This document shows positions 39,475-48,628 of a stretch of DNA of 64,000 bases, piece by piece. The notes below the pieces were generated by a model. It was not told the origin of the DNA. It was given only the letters and a program-made list of their open reading frames with translations, and did no database searches. Positions within the stretch are counted from its first letter, which is position 1; the number at the start of each line of letters is the position of its first letter. The translations under genes were made by a program, and so were the position numbers. Source of the stretch: an uncultured Acetobacteraceae bacterium (lineage in GTDB: Bacteria; Acidobacteriota; Terriglobia; Terriglobales; Acidobacteriaceae); the NCBI GenBank assembly GCA_964658265.1, contig CAZZYN010000006.1:13790-77789 (forward strand), given 5' to 3'.

Positions 39475-39783
39475 ATGGCAGTGTTCCTGGTGCGGGTTGC
39501 CCTTGCCGGTGTACCCGAGAACGATGACGCCTACGGTGAGCTGGATTCGCTGATGCTGCATTACGATTTCACGCGCTCTATTCTCGGAGCCGATGGTGAG
39601 GAGTATGCTCTCGCCTCCGGCACGTACGATGGCGAGTCCACCATGGAGGCCGACGAGCTGCAGGCAGAGCTTGCCGACGCCATCGAGTCCGAACTGGAAG
39701 CCCGATTCTCGATTCTCGTCGTTCAACGATCGACAGCCTCGTGGACTGGCCTTTCGCCGTTTGACACATTGGCAGAAGAGTAA
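39475..39783 (+). CDS. Small acidic hypothetical protein (102 aa)
   Basis: A perfect AGGAGG lies 6 nt upstream of the ATG. Composition is coding-like and no family is recognised. Confidence 0.6.
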   Translation: MAVFLVRVALAGVPENDDAYGELDSLMLHYDFTRSILGADGEEYALASGTYDGESTMEADELQAELADAIESELEARFSILVVQRSTASWTGLSPFDTLAEE

Positions 39784-40121
39784 AGTCACGCATTACCCTG
39801 TTACTGCTGCTTACTCTTAAGTGGCGTGTACTCCTTTGTCCTGCCTCACGAGAAAGAAATTGCCAGTCGATTTGCAGCGACGGCGCAGTATTCCCTCTAG
39901 TAGCATTCCTCAAAAGTTAGTGGAGTCACACTCCAACGGGTCTACGAACCTTCTGTTCCTTGCCGTTTGTCCCTGCCGTCTTTTCCCTGCCTGCGTCTCT
40001 CCCCCTCTTGTGCCCCACTTTTGGGCTGCCAGCACCACATTTCAAAGTAAGCGACCCCCGCTGCAGCAGAGTCTCGCTGTATCGCGCCTCTATCTCTGTC
40101 TACCCAAATGAGGGAATATCG

Positions 40122-42161
40122 ATGTTTGCCAATGCAACGCATACGTTGTTGGGAAGTTTTCAGAAAACCGGACTTGCGCTCGCGGCTCTTGCTCTTGTAG
40201 CGTCGCCGATCGCAGCCATGGCACAGGCCAAGGTCGTCAGTGCCGTGCCATCTATCGTTTCCAGGTCAGCCAGTCGCGGTCAGATTGCCCCGGCTACCGA
40301 TCTTCGTCTCACAGTGTGGCTGTCGCTGAAAGACAAGTCGGCTTTCGATAAGAAGGTGCAGGACCTGTACACCCCGGGCTCGCCCACTTTCCACAAGTGG
40401 ATGTCTTCAGAAGAATTGCTGGCCTACGCTCCTTCTGCGAGCGAGGTGAAACTGGTGAAGGACGAGCTGGCACGCCAGGGACTTGCCGTTATCGAAGACG
40501 GCCGCGACAACTTCTCCATCCAGGTGCATGGCCCGGCCGCGAAAGTACAGGAAGCCCTTGGCACACGCATCGAGCTCTTCGAGAAGAACGGCAAGACCTT
40601 CCACGCCAACACGGCAGAGGCCAGGCTGCAGGGCGAAGCCGCAAAGTATGTCAGCAGCATCAGCGGCCTGAACAACATCGGCATGAAGCCGTCGCTTGCG
40701 TATGCAATCAATCCAAAGACGCGCAAGCCGGTCGCTCCCACGCCTATGGCCAAAGTGAAGGCGGCTGGAAGCGGACTTTCGGATGTGTTCACCAACCAGT
40801 GCTTCCAGGCCGCGTCTCCGTTTGCCTTCGGCTCGCAGGGCGCATTACCGGAGGGAGTCTACTTCGGGAATGTCTATGACAATGTGCCGCAGGTCTGTGG
40901 CTGGACGGCTTCGCAGATGCAGGCAGCCTACGGTTTGCCCGCGGTATACAAGGCCGGGTTGGAGGGTAGCGGCCAGACCATCGTGATCGTGGATGCCTAC
41001 GGTTCTTCGACCATCCTGAGCGATGCCAACACGTTCAGCCAGCTGAACGGTCTGCCGGCACTCACAAACACGTCTTTCAAGGAAGTGTTCCCCAGCGGTC
41101 AGCCCCTGGATCCGGCTCTCGGCATTACGCTTGGCTGGAACGTGGAGACTTCGCTGGATGTGGAATGGGCGCATGCCATCGCGCCCAAGGCCAAGATCGT
41201 GTTGCTTGCTGCTGCCGGGCAGGACGACCAGGACCTGCAGTACGCCGTGCATTATGCAGCGATCCACAAACTGGGGAGTGTCGTCTCGAACAGCTATGGC
41301 AGCCCGGAGGTAGAGGATGGCGCCGCAGCCCTGAATGCCTGGAACCAGGTGAACCAGATCGCGGCAGCTGCTGGTATCTCAGTGAACTACTCCACGGGTG
41401 ATAGCGGGGATGCAGGCGTTGGCTCGCCGGTGGGCGCGGCTTCGGTGCCGGCGGACTCTCCCTATGCGACCGCGGTGGGTGGCACCAGTATCGGCGTGCC
41501 GTCCGGCTCAGGTCCGGCGTCTGAGACCGGCTGGGGTAACAACCAGACGGAACTTGCGGCGAATGCGACGACAGCGCTGGATCCGCCATTCAACTTCGGC
41601 AATGTCGGCGGTGCTGGTGGCGGGGAGAGTGTCTTCTTCAAGAAGCCTACCTGGCAGAAGGCGCTTCCGGGCACCGGCCGTCAGCTTCCGGATGTATCCA
41701 TGGAAGCTGATCCCTATACCGGGGCCATCATCGTTGTGACCGATCCCACGCTGGGCGTTATCGCTGAAAGCATCGGCGGCACCAGTCTTTCATGCCCGAT
41801 GTTCTCTGCTTACTGGGCGCTGGCCAATCAGAAGGCCGGCCACCTGCTTGGCCAGGCGGCTCCGATTATCAGCAAGCTGCCGGCTGCGGCGTTGACGGAT
41901 GTTCGTCCCGTCAGCTCGCCGACCAATGTGACAGGAACCGTAATCGACAGCAGCGGGGCCACCTTCTACACCGCTGCCGAACTGGCAGCGCCGCTGGAAG
42001 GGACCACCCGCTTCACCAGTGCGATCTGGCCGGTGCAGGGATACTTTATCGAGCTCACCTTCGGGACCGATACTTCGCTGCACACCACGGCTGGATGGGA
42101 CAACGTGACTGGCTACGGCACGCCGACCGGGCTGCCATTTATCAACGCTGCTGCTAAATGA
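40122..42161 (+). CDS. Secreted S53 sedolisin-family peptidase with pro-kumamolisin activation domain
   Basis: Signal peptide, a propeptide-like N-domain, and a catalytic domain with TSLDVEWAH and the nucleophile context GGTSLSCPMF. The start at ATG 40122 (GAGGGA upstream) is preferred to the ORF-track start at 39960. Confidence 0.85.
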   Translation: MFANATHTLLGSFQKTGLALAALALVASPIAAMAQAKVVSAVPSIVSRSASRGQIAPATDLRLTVWLSLKDKSAFDKKVQDLYTPGSPTFHKWMSSEELLAYAPSASEVKLVKDELARQGLAVIEDGRDNFSIQVHGPAAKVQEALGTRIELFEKNGKTFHANTAEARLQGEAAKYVSSISGLNNIGMKPSLAYAINPKTRKPVAPTPMAKVKAAGSGLSDVFTNQCFQAASPFAFGSQGALPEGVYFGNVYDNVPQVCGWTASQMQAAYGLPAVYKAGLEGSGQTIVIVDAYGSSTILSDANTFSQLNGLPALTNTSFKEVFPSGQPLDPALGITLGWNVETSLDVEWAHAIAPKAKIVLLAAAGQDDQDLQYAVHYAAIHKLGSVVSNSYGSPEVEDGAAALNAWNQVNQIAAAAGISVNYSTGDSGDAGVGSPVGAASVPADSPYATAVGGTSIGVPSGSGPASETGWGNNQTELAANATTALDPPFNFGNVGGAGGGESVFFKKPTWQKALPGTGRQLPDVSMEADPYTGAIIVVTDPTLGVIAESIGGTSLSCPMFSAYWALANQKAGHLLGQAAPIISKLPAAALTDVRPVSSPTNVTGTVIDSSGATFYTAAELAAPLEGTTRFTSAIWPVQGYFIELTFGTDTSLHTTAGWDNVTGYGTPTGLPFINAAAK

Positions 42162-42184
42162 TGTCTGCGGTGCTTCTGAATGAA

Positions 42185-42213
42185 AAACGGGACAGCCATT
42201 GGCTGTCCCGTTT
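42185..42213. terminator. Bidirectional rho-independent terminator between convergent genes
   Basis: Perfect 13-bp stem AAACGGGACAGCC / GGCTGTCCCGTTT with a 3-nt loop. It has A-runs and T-runs on both sides. Confidence 0.75.
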
Positions 42214-42229
42214 GTGTGTGCGGCGCCGT

Positions 42230-43438
42230 TCAGGCAGAGTTCCGGCGGAGCTGGGCGTGCTGGTGCCGGTAGGGCAGAAAGATGCTCATGCAGGTACCGC
42301 GTCTTGGTCCGGATACGGAACTGCGGACGCAGAAATCGCCGCCCTGGCGCTTCACGATGTCCTTCGAGATCCAAAGTCCGAGGCCGGTGCCAGTCTTTTC
42401 CTTGGTGGTGACGAAGGCCTCGAAGACTTTCGTCAGCATGGTCTTTGGAATACCGGATCCGGTGTCGGCCACAGTAACGCGAATGCCTTCCTGGCTGGTT
42501 CGCCAGTTACGCGCGGGCTTGACGGCAATCCAGAGCTTTGCCGGCGATTCCATGGCATCGAGAGCATTGCCGACGAGGTTTACAAAGACCTGGCGCAGCT
42601 CGCCGCTGAAAGCTACCAGTGGTTGCGTGCCTGGATGGTAGCGTCGTTCCACCTGCACCTGCTCGCAGCGGATACGGCCAGCGAAGAGTGCCAAAACGCC
42701 GTCGAGGACCTCGGACATCTGGAGTGCGGAAGGTTCTGCCTGTGGGCGGCAGAAACGAAGCGTCTGCGTGGCGATAGTGCTCACGCGTGCAAGCTCCTGC
42801 TCAGCCAGGACGCCATAGCGGCGGACGTCCTCAAGGCTCTCGGCCTGATTGACCAGGAAGAGCAGGTTGATGACGCTCTCGAGTGGATTGTTCAGCTCGT
42901 GAGCGATGGATGCTGAAAGCCGGCCCATGGAAACCAGGCTTTCAACCTGCATCAGGGTTTGCTCAGCCTGCCGCCTGCGCGTAATGTCATGCGCCACAAT
43001 GACGATGCAGTGCGGTGTCTGATCGTTCGCGCAAAGGACAGTAACTGTCTCTGCAGCCCAGGCATCCCCGCCATCTCTCCGCTGATATCTTGTCTCTACG
43101 TGAAATGTACCTGCTGTTCCGTCGATCAGGTGCTGCAGGTGCTGCTGCCGTTGCGAGCGGCTTTCCGGGTGCACCAGCTCATCTATCGCTTCGGCAAGCA
43201 ACTCCGCAGCTTCGCAGCCAAGGAGCGCGGCGTAGGCATTGTTTACATGGTAGACGGCGCCTGTCTTGTCGACCAGGGCAAAGCCGGCTGAAGCACTTTT
43301 GAAGAAACGCATCAGCTCCTGTTCTGTTTCCGCCAACAGCCGGTCCGCACTGCCCGTCTCTGCCCGGCCAGGAGTTTCAGCCATGCAAAGAACGTATCGA
43401 ACGTCGCCATTGTCCGAAGGCAATGGCGTATGGGTCAT
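42230..43438 (-). CDS. PAS-domain sensor histidine kinase
   Basis: PAS region (FALVDKTGAVYHVNNAY...), H-box SIAHELNNPL, and N/G boxes (VNLVGNALDA, DTGSGI, GTGLGLWISKDIV). The alternative start is MAETPG at 43384. Confidence 0.85.
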   Translation of the reverse strand: MTHTPLPSDNGDVRYVLCMAETPGRAETGSADRLLAETEQELMRFFKSASAGFALVDKTGAVYHVNNAYAALLGCEAAELLAEAIDELVHPESRSQRQQHLQHLIDGTAGTFHVETRYQRRDGGDAWAAETVTVLCANDQTPHCIVIVAHDITRRRQAEQTLMQVESLVSMGRLSASIAHELNNPLESVINLLFLVNQAESLEDVRRYGVLAEQELARVSTIATQTLRFCRPQAEPSALQMSEVLDGVLALFAGRIRCEQVQVERRYHPGTQPLVAFSGELRQVFVNLVGNALDAMESPAKLWIAVKPARNWRTSQEGIRVTVADTGSGIPKTMLTKVFEAFVTTKEKTGTGLGLWISKDIVKRQGGDFCVRSSVSGPRRGTCMSIFLPYRHQHAQLRRNSA

Positions 43439-43994
43439 AGCGACGGATGCAGTCGAACCTGAAGCGACCAGGCGCGCGTAGGCCTGGTTGGCAGCGACTA
43501 CTGTGCCTCATCCGCAAGGTAGACTGCGGCGGCCTGGGGCAGAGCGGAGAGCAATGCGCGAAAGCCTGGTAATTCCAATTCGCTGCCGGGCATCTTCTCT
43601 TACCAATCCTGGGTTGAAGTCTGGCCGATCGTACTAGAGCCCTAGCAGAATGGATTGCTTCGACGGACAATAGGTTGTTCTGTCGATAACACCAAAAATC
43701 AACGTAGGAATTACCCTTTTCCGTGGCAACCAAAGAGCCTTTCATTCCTAGCCTCTTTGGGTCATTGGCAGCAGCTTGATCTGTATCTATAACGGTCACA
43801 TATCCCAGGTTTTTACCAGGTTGATGTAGAAGCGCAGGCTTTGTCCGGCAAGCCAGGACCCGGCTGGCAGCGGGCCTGCTGTGAAGCGCTGTGAACCTGG
43901 GGACTACGGGCTCTTCATGATGCCGGAGATATCCGGGTTCTGTCAGGCAAAGTTCCCTTCGGACGAACCCGGCTCGGCCCTGCTCTTCAGTCAT
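43377..43994 (-). CDS. Doubtful ORF in an AT-richer stretch (205 aa)
   Basis: This is the only ORF of 60 aa or more across 43439-43986. Its ATG overlaps the upstream stop in ATGACTGA, the same junction as hisD/hisC. However, it is rich in rare AGG/AGA/CTA/ATA codons and its C-terminal half is Arg/Cys-rich like a non-coding frame. Confidence 0.25.
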   Translation of the reverse strand: MTEEQGRAGFVRRELCLTEPGYLRHHEEPVVPRFTALHSRPAASRVLACRTKPALLHQPGKNLGYVTVIDTDQAAANDPKRLGMKGSLVATEKGNSYVDFWCYRQNNLLSVEAIHSARALVRSARLQPRIGKRRCPAANWNYQAFAHCSPLCPRPPQSTLRMRHSSRCQPGLRAPGRFRFDCIRRYDPYAIAFGQWRRSIRSLHG

Positions 43995-44517
43995 CCAGAC
44001 CGGAGACCGGGGCCACTTTTTTGAAGCCATAGCGTTCCGCCAGTTCCCACGGCCCTCCCAGGTATCGCCACAGCAGCAGGCCGGTGGCTGTGAGCGGGAA
44101 GGGAGCAAAATTTTCGCCCAGGTGCCGATGCAGTTCTTTCGATGCCGCCGGCTCCACCTTGTTCTGGATGACGATATGCGGGGCATACCGCTGGCGGTCC
44201 TGGCTGGTAAGGTCGTCGGCGAAGGCGGCAGCCAGTCTTGCATGCAGAGCCAGCAGCTCGGGCGAACGCAAAACGTAGGCCACGCCTTTCCCAAGATGGC
44301 GCAGGCCGGTCACCTCCATGGCGAACTCGGCGCAGGAGTCGGCTGTTTCGCGCAGCTCTGCCTCAACTGCTCCTGACTTTTCCGCTGGAAGGGTGTGGAA
44401 GAGGGTGATGTGCGCCGGTATCCGATTGAGGTGCGGCGGAAAATGCGCCTTGCGCAGGGTATCCATCTGCAGCTGCTGCTCGGCGGCGATCTCGAGTGTC
44501 AATACGAATGAATTCAC
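43987..44517 (-). CDS. 2H phosphoesterase superfamily protein (2'-5' RNA ligase/ThpR-like)
   Basis: Two H-x-T/V-x motifs (AHITLFHTL and PHIVIQNK), separated as in 2H-family proteins, and about 176 aa in length. Confidence 0.7.
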   Translation of the reverse strand: MNSFVLTLEIAAEQQLQMDTLRKAHFPPHLNRIPAHITLFHTLPAEKSGAVEAELRETADSCAEFAMEVTGLRHLGKGVAYVLRSPELLALHARLAAAFADDLTSQDRQRYAPHIVIQNKVEPAASKELHRHLGENFAPFPLTATGLLLWRYLGGPWELAERYGFKKVAPVSGLDD

Positions 44518-44594
44518 ATCCCAAGGGATACCAGACTTTGCAACAATGGTCTTGCGGGTTGTGCTCTCTGCAATGCGCGCCAGGGGAGTTCTTC

Positions 44595-45164
44595 ATGCGA
44601 CCGATGTTCGTCTGTTCGACCGTACTTACGGCTGTCATGTTCACCGCCGCGGGCGTGGCCCAGACTTCCACTCCATCTCCGTCGCCCGCTCTACCGGCCG
44701 CCCCGCCGATGCCGGCTGTGGGCGCGCAGGCAGTGTCGATCACCCCGCCGGCTGGTGCACAGCTGCTGATGACTGCGCGTGGTGACGGCGTTCAGATCTA
44801 CACCTGTACACAGGATCAGGGCAGCTGGGGCTGGAAGCTTAAAGCTCCCGAGGCGACGCTGTTTGATGCGGAAGGCAAAACAATCGGCAGGCATGGTGCC
44901 GGTCCAACGTGGCAGCTGGACGATGGCAGCGCGATCAAGGGCACTCTGATGGCGAGCCAGCCCCAGGTAACAGCCATTCCCTGGCTGCTGCTGTCAGCCC
45001 AGTCAACTGGAAGCGCCGGCAGGCTGGAACATGCGGGCTTTGTGCAGCGGACCGAGACGGTCGGCGGCCGCGCACCGTCGACTGGATGCGACGCCGCCAA
45101 CCCGCAGGGAGAAACCCGTGTGCCCTACTCGGCGAAGTACAGTTTTTACAGCAGCAACAAATAG
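44595..45164 (+). CDS. Secreted DUF3455-family protein
   Basis: Signal peptide, then GVQIYTC....W.WK...PEATLFD..GK.IG.H..GPTWQ..DGS.I.G, which is the pattern I associate with DUF3455. GGGGAG lies upstream of ATG 44595. Confidence 0.65.
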   Translation: MRPMFVCSTVLTAVMFTAAGVAQTSTPSPSPALPAAPPMPAVGAQAVSITPPAGAQLLMTARGDGVQIYTCTQDQGSWGWKLKAPEATLFDAEGKTIGRHGAGPTWQLDDGSAIKGTLMASQPQVTAIPWLLLSAQSTGSAGRLEHAGFVQRTETVGGRAPSTGCDAANPQGETRVPYSAKYSFYSSNK

Positions 45165-45273
45165 CCGGTGCAGCGATTTCCACTGCACGCCTGGCAGACC
45201 GCGGGCTTCTCCTTCGGTAGCATGAAGAAGCCGCACGTCTTTGCGTGCCACACCTCGATCTAGAACGGATTGC

Positions 45274-46890
45274 ATGGAACCCAGGCTTCTCCCTATCACG
45301 GCCATCGCCGACAAACTGCACATTGCTTCCCGCTACCTTGAACAGCTCGGCACCTACGGCGCGAAACTCCGTCTTGAACTTTTGAACGACGCCTCCCTGC
45401 CCGTGCGCGGCAGGCTGATACTGGTCACTGCGACGACGCCGACGGTCTCCGGTGAAGGCAAGACGGTGACGGCGATTGGACTGACGCAGGGCCTGGAGCG
45501 CATCGGCAAGAGTGTGGTGATCACATCGCGCGAGCCCTCGCTGGGTCCGGTCTTCGGCATGAAGGGAGGCGCCTCCGGGGGCGGCCGGGCGCAGGTCGAG
45601 CCGAGTGCCAAGATCAACCTGCATTTTCATGGCGACTTCCATGCGATTACGTCCGCGCATAATCTGCTGTCGGCTTTAATCGACGCACATCTATTTCATG
45701 GGAATGCACTCTCCATCGATCCGGACAAGGTCACATGGCCGCGGGCGCTTGACATGAACGATCGCGCCCTGCGCCGCATTGTGGTGAGTGCCGGCGGCAA
45801 GCGCGAGGGCGCTGATCGTGCGTCCGGCTTTGTCATCACGGCGGCTTCCGAAATCATGGCAATCATGGCACTTGCCAGCAGCCGCGAGAACCTGCGGCAA
45901 AGGCTGGATGCCATCATTATCGGCGAGAACAAGTCCGGCGGCCCGGTGACTGCAAAGGACCTTGGCGCAAGCGGCGGCATGATGGCGCTGCTGACAGAAG
46001 CATTGCTGCCGAACCTGGTCCAGACCAGCGAAGGCACGCCAGCCATGGTGCACATGGGGCCGTTCGCAAATATCGCGCATGGCACCAGTAGCGTGCTTTC
46101 GCAGCAGATGGGTCTGCGGCTTGCCGACTACGTGATCAACGAAGCTGGCTTCGCCTCTGACCTTGGCCTGGAGAAGTACATGGATATCGTGATGCCCTCG
46201 TCAGGCATCCGGCCAGCCGCGGCCGTGCTGGTCACGACGGTGCAGAGCATGAAGAACCAGGGTGACGGCGACCTGGCAGCGGGGCTCGAAAATCTCGGCG
46301 CACACATTCGTATTCTGCAGGAGTTCAAGCTGCCGACCGTGGTCGCCATCAACCGCTTCCCGAGTGACACGGAGGCGGATCTGGCAGCACTCCAAGCGTA
46401 TTGTTCGGAACACGGCCTGCCATCGGCGTTTTCAGAGGCCTTCAGCAAGGGTGCCGAGGGGTCGGTCGACCTGGCGCAGGCATTGGTCAAGCTGATCGAA
46501 GAACATCCGGATGCACCCGTGGCGTCCGTGTATGCAGCCGGCGATGCGTTGAAAACGAAGATCGAAAAGGTAGCGAAGACGATCTACGGGGCGGCCGCGG
46601 TTGCCTATTCTGCCGAAGCCGAGGCACAGCTGCAGCGCTTCAGCGGCTGGGGGTTTGCGGCTCTTCCGGTATGTATTGCGAAGACGCAGTACTCACTGTC
46701 AGACAATCCGAAGCTGCCCGGCGCGCCTGCCGGATGGACGCTCAACATCAATAGTGTGTCGCTGTCGGCGGGTGCGGGCTTCCTGGTGGCGATTGCCGGG
46801 AACATGATGCTGATGCCTGGTCTGCCGAAGGTGTCGCGGGCAGAACGGATCGACGTGGATGCGCAGGGCGAAGTGATCGGACTGAAGTAA
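45274..46890 (+). CDS. fhs: Formate--tetrahydrofolate ligase
   Basis: P-loop-like TPTVSGEGKT, GFVITAASEIMAI and GPFANIAHG motifs, co-linear with Fhs over the full length. The start is at ATG 45274 (MEPRLLPI). Confidence 0.95.
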   Translation: MEPRLLPITAIADKLHIASRYLEQLGTYGAKLRLELLNDASLPVRGRLILVTATTPTVSGEGKTVTAIGLTQGLERIGKSVVITSREPSLGPVFGMKGGASGGGRAQVEPSAKINLHFHGDFHAITSAHNLLSALIDAHLFHGNALSIDPDKVTWPRALDMNDRALRRIVVSAGGKREGADRASGFVITAASEIMAIMALASSRENLRQRLDAIIIGENKSGGPVTAKDLGASGGMMALLTEALLPNLVQTSEGTPAMVHMGPFANIAHGTSSVLSQQMGLRLADYVINEAGFASDLGLEKYMDIVMPSSGIRPAAAVLVTTVQSMKNQGDGDLAAGLENLGAHIRILQEFKLPTVVAINRFPSDTEADLAALQAYCSEHGLPSAFSEAFSKGAEGSVDLAQALVKLIEEHPDAPVASVYAAGDALKTKIEKVAKTIYGAAAVAYSAEAEAQLQRFSGWGFAALPVCIAKTQYSLSDNPKLPGAPAGWTLNINSVSLSAGAGFLVAIAGNMMLMPGLPKVSRAERIDVDAQGEVIGLK

Positions 46891-46935
46891 AGAAAAGAGC
46901 CGGCTTTGTGTTGTTGAGCCGGCCCTGTTGTTCTA

Positions 46936-48555
46936 CTAGATCTTGATATCGTCGGCCGTATCCAGCTGCTTGTCCTTCACGGTTGTGCTGCCGAAGGTGC
47001 GGAAATTGCGCACGTCATGCAGCGCAAAAGCCGGCACATCGCGCGGTGTGCGGACGCGGAAGAAGTCTGCGCCATCGACATCCATCAGCCAGAAGGCCGG
47101 CCGCTGGTCCGGCTTCTGCACGGCAACCTCGACGTTGGACATTTCGAGATTGCGTGCATGCCGGATAAAGAAGCCTGAAGCCGGCAGCTTGCCGAACATA
47201 TCCGGCTCGGGATAGCTCGCTACTTTTTCTTCCGGGCGCAGGGCGGCCATTGCGCTCGTGCCGCCGCCCATGTGCTCGAAGTAGATGTTGCTGAGCTTGA
47301 CGTCTTCGATGAAGTGGTCAGGCACGCCGCTCAGGATCGACGCATATTCGGTCGAAGCAGCGTGGCAGGTGATATTGCTGATGAGGATGCGCTTCATCGT
47401 GCCAACCGCGGCATCCTTCGGTCCGCGCATGCGTGAGCCCAGCCGCAGGAACAACGGCCCACTGCGAATCTCGCGCATGGCAATATTCGTGATCGTAATG
47501 TCTTCGCACAGCGCGCCGTCTTCGCTTTCGAGGGCCAGACCCTGGCAGCCTTCAAAGGTGCAGTTGGAGATAGTGATGTTGCGAAAGCCGCCGTTCGATT
47601 CGGTACCGCACTTGATGCGGCCGGTGCCGTAGTATTTCGCGCCTTCGGGAAAGCGCTTCCAGGTGCCGTCCAGCATGGTACCCAGCATGTAATGGCCGGT
47701 GACGAAGCAATTCGTGATGGTTACGTTCTCTGTTGGCCGCGCATAGCCGAGCGCGAACGAGCTCTTTGGACAGATCGCGTCATCCCACGGCGAGTTGACA
47801 CTGCAGTTCGAGACACGCACATTGCGGCAGCAATCGATGTCCATGCCATCGCGGTTGGTATCGATTTTGAGATTGTCGATGGTGAGGTTGTCGACGCCAG
47901 TGGCCAGGATGCCAAACCAGCCGCCCTGCAGGATCGAGAAGTCGCGCAGTATGACGTTGCGGCAATTTTTCAGCGAGATTGCCTTGTTGCCTACGCCGGG
48001 CTTCTTGGTGTCCGGCAGATCTGTATCTTCACTGTGACCGCGGCTCAGTCCTTTTCCGTAGATCAGGCCAGGGCCGAGGATCGAAAAGTCATGAATGTCC
48101 TCGCCCCACATCAGGCTGTTGTGCCAGTGATTGTGACCGTAATCCTGGTAAGGCTCGAAGGCGCCCTGGGGCTCGGCTGCATCGTAACCGCCGCTGGTGG
48201 TTCCTTCGATCGGCACCGAGGCTGCGAGGATGGTCGCGCCCTGGTCGAGGTATAGTGACACGTAACTTTTCAGGTGAATGGAGTAGCAGGCGTAGGTGCC
48301 GGCGGGAAAGAAGACAGTGCCGCCGCCAGCCTTTTCTGCCTCGGCAATAGCGGCATTGACAGCCGCTGTATCCAGAGTTTTGCCGTCGCCTTTAGCGCCG
48401 TAGCTGCGCACGTTGAAGAAGGTCGCGGAGCCGCTGGAGTTTGACTCCTCGGCAGCTACCGGCAGTGCGCCTATCGTGGCGAATGCAGAAGCAGCCGCGC
48501 CACTGGCTGCCATCTTCAAAAAGTCTCTTCTAAATGCAGTTCGGTCAGTTGCCAT
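46936..48555 (-). CDS. Tat-exported GH28 family glycoside hydrolase (polygalacturonase-like)
   Basis: Tat motif FRRDFLKMAASG. GH28 signatures are NRDGMD, WDDAI, a G-x-G segment and RIK(CG). It has a parallel beta-helix repeat pattern. Confidence 0.85.
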   Translation of the reverse strand: MATDRTAFRRDFLKMAASGAAASAFATIGALPVAAEESNSSGSATFFNVRSYGAKGDGKTLDTAAVNAAIAEAEKAGGGTVFFPAGTYACYSIHLKSYVSLYLDQGATILAASVPIEGTTSGGYDAAEPQGAFEPYQDYGHNHWHNSLMWGEDIHDFSILGPGLIYGKGLSRGHSEDTDLPDTKKPGVGNKAISLKNCRNVILRDFSILQGGWFGILATGVDNLTIDNLKIDTNRDGMDIDCCRNVRVSNCSVNSPWDDAICPKSSFALGYARPTENVTITNCFVTGHYMLGTMLDGTWKRFPEGAKYYGTGRIKCGTESNGGFRNITISNCTFEGCQGLALESEDGALCEDITITNIAMREIRSGPLFLRLGSRMRGPKDAAVGTMKRILISNITCHAASTEYASILSGVPDHFIEDVKLSNIYFEHMGGGTSAMAALRPEEKVASYPEPDMFGKLPASGFFIRHARNLEMSNVEVAVQKPDQRPAFWLMDVDGADFFRVRTPRDVPAFALHDVRNFRTFGSTTVKDKQLDTADDIKI

Positions 48556-48628
48556 GTGGGGACCATGCTCCTTGCTGTGAACAAGGAGCATGGTAAGCCA
48601 GCCGCATCTTTATGTCTTGCTGCTTCAC

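Noticed and set aside
45188-45196. CGCCTGGCA upstream of fhs, reminiscent of the conserved CCGCCUGGGC of the ZTP (pfl) riboswitch that often controls folate and purine genes
   Set aside because: It has one G fewer than the consensus. I could not recognise the 5' sub-domain (ACUGGCG...GGGUGGA), and that sub-domain would have to lie inside the DUF3455 coding region. The nearby hairpins (GTGCAG/CTGCAC at about 45168-45188 and GCGGgCTTCT/AGAAGCCGC) look more like a terminator for the upstream gene.
46891-46935. Direct repeat GAGCCGGC...GAGCCGGC between the convergent fhs and GH28 genes as a possible terminator
   Set aside because: Only the 6-bp self-complementary GCCGGC cores can pair, across a 12-nt loop, and there is no U-tract. 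It is too weak to annotate.
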